A stretch of DNA of 64,000 bases from the human T2T-CHM13v2.0 reference genome, Homo sapiens, in assembly GCF_009914755.1 (NCBI RefSeq), contig NC_060926.1; one strand, given 5' to 3'. Each line of letters opens with the position of its first letter. Positions within the stretch are counted from its first letter, which is position 1. The notes under the pieces are model-generated. The model was not told where the DNA came from and searched no databases. It worked only from the letters and a program-made list of their open reading frames with translations. Below, piece by piece: positions 51,021 through 64,000 of this stretch. The position numbers were made by a program, and so were the translations under genes.

Positions 51021-53515
51021 AGCTATCGATAGTATTTTAAACAAACTATTATATACTTCTCTCCTGTTTCACCTTGAATGATAAACACACAGGAAATGCA
51101 TTTTCCTTTTATCAGCTGAAGTCATTTCACTAACATCCGCTAGATAAGCAGATCAAGTTTTATTTTAGGGTAGGTGATCTAAACAATGCCACAATATGAA
51201 ATTTGGAATCAACCAATATTTATTGAGGATATGCTTTATGACATGTGTATTTACGTGTATTACTTCACTTATTCCTCACAACAACCCGTGAAGTAAGTAT
51301 TACCAAAGCCTATGTGTAGATGGGGAAACTTAAGATTCAGTAAAGCTATATAACTTGTGTTAAGCTTGCTGAGCTGACAGATGGGAGAATCAGGACACAA
51401 GTCTGGTTTTTAAGACATCCTCCTTCTCAGCACTACGTGATTATTAATAAACATTCCCCAGTAACTCCTATTTTAAGGTCTTTCCCAAAGAAACCATTAT
51501 CTAAGGCTATAAAATGTTTAGACTTTACTGTCTATGTTCAGCAGCAAGCCTCTTTCCTTGCATTGTTCAGAGGCAAGGCATGATATCTTTCAATTCTTGA
51601 GAGGACTTACCAGGAACAATCACTTTTGCAAGGTGGCTCTCCCCAGTTGAAAGCTGATTTTTTTTGTTGCCCACATTTGCTGCAATGGGTTTTGGCCAGC
51701 GTGTGTGGTGTATGAGTATGAGCTAATACAACTAGGTGAATTAATTACTGAACTATCAGATATATCTACTAAAACGTTATATGTTCTGTGTATGGAAATC
51801 AGTTTGAAATCAATTAGGCAAACTCTTCTTTGCTAAACACAGCATAGTCACAGTGAAAAAGCTCTCTGCGGTACAGAAATTCCTTTGTCAAGAAAAGCAT
51901 GCAAACCCAATTACTAAATGAAGGGAATGACATGCCAAAAACATTTAGGAGTTCTATTTTCCCTTCTTAAATATTTTTATTACATGAAGGATTTCTAAAA
52001 ATCTCACACCTATAGTCCCAGCTACTTGGGAGGCTGAGGTGGGAAGGATCGCCTGAGCTCTGGAGACCAGCCTAGGCAACAATACTAAGTCTGTCTCTTA
52101 AAAAACAAAAGAACTCTTCACTTTTCTTCTCTTCCATGGATAAGTCACACGCTCATCCACTATTATCTTCTTTTAGTACTAGAGACACTTCAAGTTTAAT
52201 TTCACTGTGGGTCATACCACTAAATATTAAACAAAATAAATCGTAGGGCCAATCAGAAGGACCAAGAAACAGTGAAATAAATTTCAATGCTACTTCATTA
52301 AAAGCTTTTTCCAAATCTTCTTTGAGTTAATTATATTCCATTAGATCACATCATTTCATTAGAACCCCAACTTACATCTTAAAGTATTACACTGGAAAAC
52401 CCATCCTTGTGACTTAAAAAAATTTTTTTTGTAGAGATGGAGTCTCACTATGTTGTCCAGTCTGGTCTTGAACTCCTGGCCTCAAGTGATCCTACTGCAT
52501 TGGCCTCCTAAAGTGCTAGGATGACAGGCACGAGCCACCGCTCCTGGCATCCTTTGATCTTAAAGATATTCACCAACGAACGCCTACCTTGTGCTCACAT
52601 GTAAGCCCTGGCAACTTATCTCTGATTAAAGTTGATATTTCTAAATTACATGTTTAGCTTTTCAAAAAATACATAAAATTAACTGTAATCTTACAATACA
52701 AAATTTCTCTGAAAATATCCAACTATGTACTAACTATTACAAATATTTATTCCTGATTCACTTTTTCCTTTCACTGTATTCAGGAAAGAAAGTTAATAAA
52801 AATGTAATTTAAAAAGAATGATTAAGCTGGGGACAGTGGTGTGTGCCTGTAGTCCCAGCTGGTCAGGTGCCTGAGGTGGGAGGATTGTTTGAGCCCAGTT
52901 CAAGGCTGCAGTGTGCTATAATCATGCCATTGCACACCAGCACAGGCAACATAGCAAGACCCCATCTCTTTAAAAAAAAAAAAAAAAGATTAAATTATTA
53001 ACTTCTAAACTTGGCAATATGGAGAGGTATAGAATGCAGCAATATTTTAGCAGCATGGGCTGCGGATTCACCACTCAATGTGTTAACAGTACTGTAAATT
53101 TAATCAGTCAAATCAGGTGGTGTGCATTGTTTTTGAAAGCTTCTACATCTTATGTAAGTGTGTACAATAAGAAATCTGTTAGATTTGACTTGTTACAAAA
53201 TAACTGTATCAGATCCATGGAAGCACAGGGCCTGAAGAGAGGAATTCTTTGTTTTCTTCTTTCACTGCCACACCTATTCCAGAAGATTCTCTGGAGACTT
53301 TAAAAAAAAAATCATTTTTCAGTTTTCCCACAGTAATTTGCCCAGAGCCAGTATCTACTGAGATAATAATTAAAACAGTGTGTCTGGTTTAAGGAGGCAT
53401 CCAGATAAGGGCTTCCCATGCAGAGAAAGCACCCACAGGAGGGTCAATCTACAGAACTAAGCAAAGCCTGTTATCTGATAAAGATCAAAATTGACTATCT
53501 TTAAAACGTTTTTTA

Positions 53516-53868
53516 GCCATAAAAAAGGATTAGTTCATGTCCTTTGCAGGGACATGGATGAAGCTGGAAACCATCATTCTCAGCAAACTATTACAAGGAC
53601 AGAAAACCAAACACCGCATGTTCTCACTCATAGGTGGGAACTGAACAATGAGAACACTTGGACACAGGGTGGGGAACATCACACACCTACACCAGGGCCT
53701 GTCAGCGGGTGGCGGGCTGGGGGAGGGATAGCATTAGGAGAAATAACTAATGTAAATGATGAGTTGATGGGTGCAGCAAACCAACATGGCACATGTATAC
53801 CTATGCAACAAACCTGCACGCTGTGGACATGTACCCTAGAACTTACAGTATAATTTAAAAAAAAAAAG
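53516..53868 (+). mobile_element. 5'-truncated L1PA (PA5/6-like) 3' end
   Basis: agccataaaaaaggat...caccgcatgttctcactcataggtggg...cctagaactta, poly-A. Confidence 0.9.
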
Positions 53869-54001
53869 TTTTTTGTTGTTGTTTACTGTTACATGCAGAT
53901 ACAACTGAGTATTCACAATATTTTTTGGAGGAGACATTCATTCAACAAATGTGTAATGAACACCTCAAATGTTTTAATTAATAAGTTAGCCATCACACAC
54001 A

Positions 54002-54552
<551 letters not shown>

Positions 54553-54652
54553 TGAGTACTATTTAATAAGTACATACAAGAAGGATCCAGAAACTTTTGC
54601 AGGTGCACCGTGAGAAAAACAGATCCCCCTGGCTAGGAAGTAAAGAAAGCTT

Positions 54653-55256
<604 letters not shown>

Positions 55257-58200
55257 GGAAAGTTTTACCACGAAAACATGTGAGCTAACCATTAAATTAT
55301 CTGGACTTGGCAAAATGTTGTTAATGGTTGAAGCTGGGTGATGAATAAATGGGAGGTTTTCGTACTACTTCACTACTTTTGTATGTATGAAAATTTCCTT
55401 AATAAAATTTTTAGAAAGTGACTTGGGAGGACAGCAACATTTCAGGGAGAAGGAATAGCATATGCAAAGGCAGAGGCACAAAACTTCCTTAGTTTAAGGA
55501 AGGAAACTAACAAATATAAACAAGCTATGCTTACTTGAAGTCAGAGGTGAGGGCTAGAAAGGAATAGAGCTTAAGGAAACCTGTTTTTACTTCTCTCCCA
55601 GATACAGAACTTCAAACTGTTTATGGTTGAGACACTCATGAAAAATTAGCCATATATTAAGTCTAAGAGATAAAATTATTACAAATGCTCAAAATGTAGT
55701 CTTGTAGTGCACACCATTAATCACAAAGTATATCTACTACAGCACACTTTTAAGTCCATTTTCAATTATTCAATAAACATTTGAGTTTATACCTCATAAG
55801 AAACTTGTTTAAAATCAACTGGCTTCAAATTCTTCAATAAATGATAGAGAAAACCATTTCAGGAATGCCAGAATTTAAACATGAGCTCATTCTGAAATTT
55901 CCTGTTACTTAACCAGGTATGCTTCTTTTCTAGCTAAAATACGAAAGGCTCACACTTCAGGGCTGGTACCTCCGGTGCATATAATAACTGGTTCTGGCTT
56001 TCTCTATGTCCCACAGCACTATTTTGTACCATACAATGAATATTTTAGTATATGGTGTTACGATACTTTAACACTAGACCAGTAGAAGCCGTGGCTAGAA
56101 AGCAATGAGACTGTATCAGATACAGTCACTGATAGCGAGGGAGAGGGGCTCCCCCAAGTTCCAAATGACACAGGGGGAATCATCATCTCAGAAGTCTGTC
56201 CCACGTAATGTAAAAAGAAACATAAATATTCTCCCATGCAGACTGAATTATTGCCTCACCAGGAATCAAGCAAGAGAGTACCTTGACAAGGTAGGTAGGG
56301 AGGGAAGTGACATTTAATACTCACTCATCCCCATATTGTTTCTCTGTCTTAGTAAAGCAGCTTCTGAGAATAAAATGCACTACTTGGACAAGCCTTCTTT
56401 GCTTCGAAGTATTATACTACAGTTTGGCTTAGGTGGTCTTGCATCATAAGTGTTACATGTCTCCCCAAGTTGGTAGAGACTGTCTTTACACTGCTATGGT
56501 ATTCAAGCTACTCTTTTGAAAGTCATCAACAAAACTATAATAAACAAAACCAATGGCCTTTTTCCAGTACTTATTCTGATTAGAATCTGATATTACTGAT
56601 CACCTTCTCCTCCTCCTCATCACTGTACCATATGTTTTTCATATCTGTGCTCCAAGTTTGTGATACCATAAATATCTTAAGGGCAGATGCTGTGTTAGAC
56701 AAGAAACATTTGAGAGTCTAGCACTTAGCAGGTAATAGGAAAACAAGGCAAATGACACATGGCCCCTGTGATTTATTCCTTTTGTTTGTCCACCAAAGCC
56801 TTTTACACTGCAGGTGGTCAGTAAATCTCTTAATCAATTTAAGACAGGTCAAACGATTTAAGAAGTTTACAATAAAATGTTTTACACTAATCTGAGAAGT
56901 CTATGCAAAGTAAGAACAGCTATGGCATCTTTTTAAAATTGTGAAACTAAAGCATGGTCTTCAGAGGTATGTGAACCCTTCTCACAACAAGGGCTTAAAG
57001 TAGGGAACAGATGTAAACTCCTCACTCCCTATTTTGTAAGAATAAGCGCCCGTAATGAAGTTTTTCTCTCTGCATTTTGAGTTTCCTGTTTGTAGTTCCC
57101 ACTTTATCCTGCTATTCTATTCATTTTCTAGCTGAGCCCACAGCATCAAAAAATCTGCCTGAGAAAAACTGAAAAGAAATACAGCCAATTACATTCGGAT
57201 GGTTGAAATAGAAATGGTGGTATTCTCTTCTTGAGGAGTTAGGAATCCTTTGTTCTGTGAGTGGAGGGAAGGATCTGAGAAGAAACAGGAAGACTAAGAC
57301 TGCAGGAGAGAGCCAGGTCGATGGATTCTCTTAGTTAAATAGGAAAGAAAGTCATCTTCTGGGGGTGAGGAAGACGGAATTGAGTAATAGCCTTGAGGAT
57401 CCTCAAGGTTTGAATTATTCATTTAGGGAAATAGAAGACAGAGCTAAGGACAAACAAAAGAAATGAGACCCAGCCCCTCAGCAAAATGGAGAAGCTATAA
57501 AAGGAAGTTAGAAACATAATGCAGCTGATGGTCATTAACTCTATGTTTAGTATTCCAAATCAGTTAAAATACAGAACGAAAGAGTCTCTGAGGGAAAATG
57601 TGATATAGTTCTGTCAATAAGGCGGTATTTCCGAATATAAAAGTACAGGAAACATGAAAATAAACTCAGCACAAGCAAACCTACACATTCGTGTTGTTTT
57701 TTAAATGTACATCAGAAACAAGACGGTAAAAAACAACAGGGCAGGTAGCAGTCATGTGGAGTCAGGTAGTCCCCCGGGGGTGGGCCATGAAACAGTATCT
57801 GCCTCATTTAAGATGATTCTCATCTGGCGTTTGTCCAAATGCTTACTAATGATTTCAAGTCAATGAGTGGGGAGAAGCAGCAAGTACAGAGAAAACAGAT
57901 TGTGTCTGGGATAACTCTCTTCCTCTTTTGCAGTTAAGTATCAAAAACTGCACAGTATCACCAACGTCACCCACACAACCACATTCGCGAAGTCATTAAA
58001 GTGGCCAAGTCGACCATGTAGGAAGTTTGTCACGGCTTCGGCAAAATCATAATAACCTAAAACTACCTAAACTGAATCCCATATTTGGAAGTCATAGACA
58101 AGTTAGGTTTAATGTGCATGGATACTATAAATGGTGAATTACAAAAGAAAAAATCACAAACTTATTACTAGTGAATCACCAGGCAACAACAGTGTCAACT

Positions 58201-58739
58201 TGGTTAGGACAGAATCACACAGATCTTGGAACCCAGGAGATACCGGGGTAGGTGGCCAGGATGGAGAGGGCTCTCAATAAAGGTCTCTGTAAAAACAGCC
58301 GGTCGGCTACGAAAAGCACCTACTGCGCAGGGAGGAGGCTGCACCAGGACAAAAGCTGGTCAGGCGTCAACTCAGGCAAAAGCTATCGCCCCCAAGCGAT
58401 TCTGGAGATGCAAGAGAGGCATGAAACAAAACAAAGTCCAAGAAACGCGGACAACCGGGTTACCGCTGGATCTTTCGCTTTCCCAACGGGAAGACCAATG
58501 TCGAAACTAGACTGCGTTTACCAAGGTCCGCTCCTAATTATTTCATTAGAGGAAAAAATTCCAGGGAGCACTGGATAGGAGGAAGGGAGATGCTGCCTTT
58601 CAGATCGTAGAAATACAACAAGAACCAAAACAGAGGAATTCCCACCAAATCCTACCACCCTCGTCCCTTCGCCTGCAAAGCCTCTGCTCTCCCAAGCCCG
58701 CTTCTCTCCTCAAATTCTTGCCAAAGAACAATCTCCCCA

Positions 58740-59720
<981 letters not shown>

Positions 59721-60819
59721 GAGTGGAGGGATTGGATTTACACCCTCTTTTCCCTCCGAAGCCTCCTTGGTGGGGGCGAAGAAAGACCATCCAACCCTGC
59801 CAAAGGCAAAAGGATTAAGGATAAATGAAAGCAAGATAATGTAGAAGAACTACTTAGCTGCTGGGTTTTTGGAGATGAGTGATTTTTTTTTGTAGGGAGA
59901 AATTATGAAACACATTGAAATGGACAAAAAATTACTGAATGTCTTCAATGAAAAAACAGCCATAGTTTGGCACACCGTCCCGGGCATTCTGTTGCTAGAG
60001 GGGCTGTCCGCTTTTCTTTGTGGTGCTCTGCACAACTCGGTAAGACCCCTCGTATTGTTATCTTACCCTTCCTTGGGAAAAGCCATTTTGCATCGATTTG
60101 TAAATTCATTCCCCAGTCCTGATTCAACAATATAGATGGGTGCTTTAAATTCTGCTTAGAGCTGGTTCTAACAGCTTACTGGTCCCCGGGTTAATGAGTA
60201 AATAAATTTTTTACACGTGTTCATTTTGTATTTCTGTGAGACCTGTGACTTCACCGTTAAAAAATGTATTTATCATTTAATGCTTTGGTAAACACACTTC
60301 TTTTCAGAGAATAGAAAGGGCTTCCCTTCTGCCAGGGCATATTCTTAGCCAGAGACCACACTGAATTCAGAGTAAAGGTTATTTCTTTGGCATGGCTTCT
60401 TTGAACACTGCCTGAAATTATGTATGTATTTGTTGATTATCTCCCCAATAAAATACAAATTTTAGGAGAGCAGAGACTATTCACCACTGAAGGAGTTGTC
60501 CATGGAGCTTATTTTCAAACCATCTGGGAAGCAGTAGTTAAGCCCGCCCACGCTAAAGGATGGGGTGTGGCTGGCTAACTCAGAATGAATTATGACATTT
60601 CTCTACTTATGTAGGGAGTAGATTATCTTAACCCCGCCCCACAATTTCGTATCCCTTATTTTGTTCTAGGCACAGATCCAATCACTTTATTTTCAATCAT
60701 TTCATTCCTACAACTAACTGAGATAGGTACTCTTACGTTATTTAACTCTACAGAGAAGTTAAATTACATATCCAAGATTGCAAGGCCAGTGTCACAACTG
60801 AGATTAAAACCTGTTGTGC

Positions 60820-60990
60820 CAATAGTTTCCAAACTTTGCTGCACATTGGCATCACCTGAGGATCTTTACTAACCACTGATGCCTGCTTACTATTCCAGAC
60901 CTTCTGATTTAACTGTCATGGGTGAGACCTGGGCATTGACATTTTTAAAATGTCAATTTTAAAATTAGGTGATCCTAATGTGCAGCACTG
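60820..60990. mobile_element. MER5A-like hAT-Charlie fragment
   Basis: tccaaactttgctgcacattggcatcacctg...aggtgatcctaatgtgcagc. Confidence 0.6.
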
Positions 60991-61070
60991 TTATTCTGTC
61001 TTGATATGAAATGTGGCAGACAGAAATAAATACAATACAATAAAAAAGAATACAAAGATAAGATCAGGGG

Positions 61071-61432
<362 letters not shown>

Positions 61433-61454
61433 CTAACATGGCATCAGATCAGCT

Positions 61455-62117
61455 CGTAAGGGCTGTTCTCCCTGTACTGGGACTACCCCAGGCAAGGAAC
61501 CAGGGAGGTGTAAATCATTAGAGACCTGCAACATAAACGCATCTGATAGCAATAATGTAAGCATACCCTGAGAATGACCCTGTATGGTAGATGCACCTGA
61601 ATGTGTGCTCTGAGCTAGGGAATCTGGGAGTGGCCAACCTGGAGATTTGTTCTGTGTCTATGATAAACATCTTAAACCCCCACCCCCACCCACCGGCCCA
61701 TCCATTGGAACATGGGCCATACAGGGGATTAGGGCCCTGAGTTTTGGGTTAAATGCAGGTTGCCAAGTGGAGGTCGTTAGTGGGAGGGTGTTCAGTGAAA
61801 ATGCTGTATAAACTGCATGATGTTTACAGGCAGTTGCGGTTTTCCTGCCCTTGGGACGTGCAATTATGTTGTCCAGCCCGCTGCCAGAGGACAGCAGGAA
61901 GGGAGATGTGTTGTCCACCCCACTGCCACTGGACCACTTCTATACATAGCTGGTTCTTCTGTCCAGCCCGCTGCCACTGGACTCTTTCCCCTCTGTCACC
62001 ACTGGACTGTAAGCTCCTAATACAAACCCATGTCTCATTTACTGGCTCTCCAGTCTCTTCTTGGCCTCTTGAACCTGGTACCTTCTCTATTGAGGTTAGT
62101 AGGAGTTTGGCACAACA
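61455..62117 (+). mobile_element. ERV solo LTR, family not assigned
   Basis: TATA-like gtataaa near 61807, three degenerate gtcca(g/c)cc(g/c)ctgcca repeats, AATACA-type signal, ends in ACA; left boundary uncertain. Confidence 0.55.
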
Positions 62118-62841
62118 ATAGCATACATAACGGGATTAGAGGGGTGAAATACGGTTATGGAGTTTTGTCTAGATAATTTTTATCTAATATATACACCTTT
62201 TTTGAGAAAATTGTAAGGTACTATTGGCAAAACAACCCATCTTTTGGGGATGGGGAAAGGAAAGTTAACATTTTTAGGAGAAAATAGCTTAGGAAAACTC
62301 ACAACGAAAGAAATTAGAGTGAGGTTGAAGCTCTTTAGCTAACATAGTTTAATCTATTTTTCTCTTTTAAATGTGTTAGTCTATTCACATTACTTTAACT
62401 TATTTTTATTGAGGATCTATTCTATTCCATGTGATGATACGAGAATGAACAACACAATATATACCTACTGTGTAGCCACAAAAATCTAAAATAAAAAAGG
62501 TATTAAAAGAAAGAACGAACAAGGCAGATATTGCACCTTTCCTGGAGTGTATATAGTCTACAGGGGAAAAAGTCAATGAGCATTTTCAGTCTTCATCCCA
62601 TCTCCTAAAGCATTTACTTGTTGACTCTTCCTTAGAGCTAGAAATTCTTTCTTGGCTTCTGATTAACCATCCACTATTTTTTTCTGTGTACTTCTCAGGC
62701 AGCTCCTTCTTATTGTTCTTCGTAGTTCCCTCCTCTACTGTCCATCCCCCTAAATATTGGTGTTGTTGAGGGCTGTGTGTCAGGCTCTTTTCTCCTTTTA
62801 TCTTTTCCCAGCTGTCACTTATTTACAAGATGATTTCCCCA

Positions 62842-63257
62842 TGTATTCGTCCATTTTCACACTGCTATAAAGAACTACCTGAGACTGGGTAATTTATAAA
62901 GAAAAGAGGTTTAATTGATTCACAGTTCATCTTGATAGAAATAATTTAGCTTCCTGGCCAGGTATGTGGCTCACACCTGTAATCCCAGCATTTTGGGAGG
63001 CCAAGGTGGGCGGATCGCTTGAGTTCAGGAGTTCAAGACAAGCCTAGGCAGCATGGCAAAACCCCATCTATACAAAAAATACAAAAATTAGCTGGGCATG
63101 GTGGCTCATGTCTTTAGTCCCAGCTGCTCGGGAGGCTTGAGGCACAAGAATCACTTGAACCCAGAAGGCAGAGGTGAGCCAACATCGCACCACTTATTCT
63201 CCAGTCTAGGTGACAGAGTAAGACTCTGTCTCAAAAACAAAAACAAACAAAAAAAAG
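62842..63257. mobile_element. Truncated MST/THE1 LTR end (62842-62929, -) followed by an Alu (62956-63257, +)
   Basis: tgtattcgtccattttcacactgctataaagaactacctgagactgggtaattt; Alu dimer. Confidence 0.8.
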
Positions 63258-63519
63258 TCCCTAATTGTGTAAGTTTCTAGCCCCACAAAAGCCGATCCAC
63301 TCCATGACCCATCCAAGAGGAAAGACCTAAAGATAATGGCATTGGTAGTTTTCCAACCCTTCAGATAGATTAAAGTGAAGCTCAAAGTTGACAAATCTCA
63401 CCAATATCGTCAGAGTTTACAGCCAGTCTTTCAATTCCCCACTCCTAATGGAGAACAGATAATGTAGGGATACCAGGCTCTAAGTAAATCCCTCAGCATG
63501 GAAGACAGAGGCCAGACAA

Positions 63520-64000
63520 TTGGAAAATAGGGTCTAGGAGAAAATGTCAAGAGAACTTAGAAAAGAAAAAAAAGACACTCTGAGCATACATCAAGAATAA
63601 GGTGCCATAACAATTATACAGGACAAAAAATTCTTAGAAATTAACAGCATGGGAGCAGAAATGAAAAACTCAAGATTGGAAAACAAAGTTGAGAAAGTTT
63701 CCCAGAAGCAAATCAAAAGACAAAGACATGTAAAATAAGAACGAATAAAATTAAAATTAGAGGATTAGTCCAAGATATCCAGTATCTGAATAATAGGAAT
63801 TTCTGAAAGAGAGAGGAAGTCATCATCATAACAACATTTCCTAGATCTGAAAGAATGAATTTCCAAGACTGAAAATATCTGCTGAGTGACCATATTTTTG
63901 GAATAAAATAGATCCATGTAAAGGCACATCTGAGTGAAATTTCAAGACAGTGGGGACAAAGAGAAGATTCTATGAGCTTCAAAGAGAAGATTTCTATGAG
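63520..64000 (+). mobile_element. Old L1M ORF1-region fragment
   Basis: A-rich; taataggaatttctgaaagagag...tttccaagactgaaa. Confidence 0.5.

Overview
Human (primate) genomic DNA, recognisable as the MATN3-LAPTM4A interval (chr2p24 by recall). Two protein-coding genes lie on the minus strand, and all of their coding exons could be rebuilt from splice sites. MATN3 (matrilin-3) has 8 coding exons, a 1461-nt CDS and 486 aa, with ATG at 20131 and stop at 615-617; its last intron is a U12-type AT-AC intron and its 3' UTR probably runs off the left edge. LAPTM4A has 7 exons, a 702-nt CDS and 233 aa, with ATG at 59065 and stop at 40710-40712. Each gene has a CpG-island promoter. The rest is dense in Alu, L1, MaLR/ERV LTR and Tigger/MER elements, and almost all other ORFs in the track are repeat-derived or GC-rich noise. 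I see no credible new gene system. The best second-look items are an apparent L1 3' transduction carrying an LTR fragment, a full-length THE1 provirus upstream of MATN3 with a DUX4-type site in one LTR and an AP-1 site in the other, the read-through product of the retained U12 intron, a THE1-derived patch inside an L1, a triplicated Alu arm inside one TSD pair, and a near-consensus AluYb8. Repeat subfamily names are from memory of consensus sequences, and repeat boundaries are approximate unless a TSD is given.
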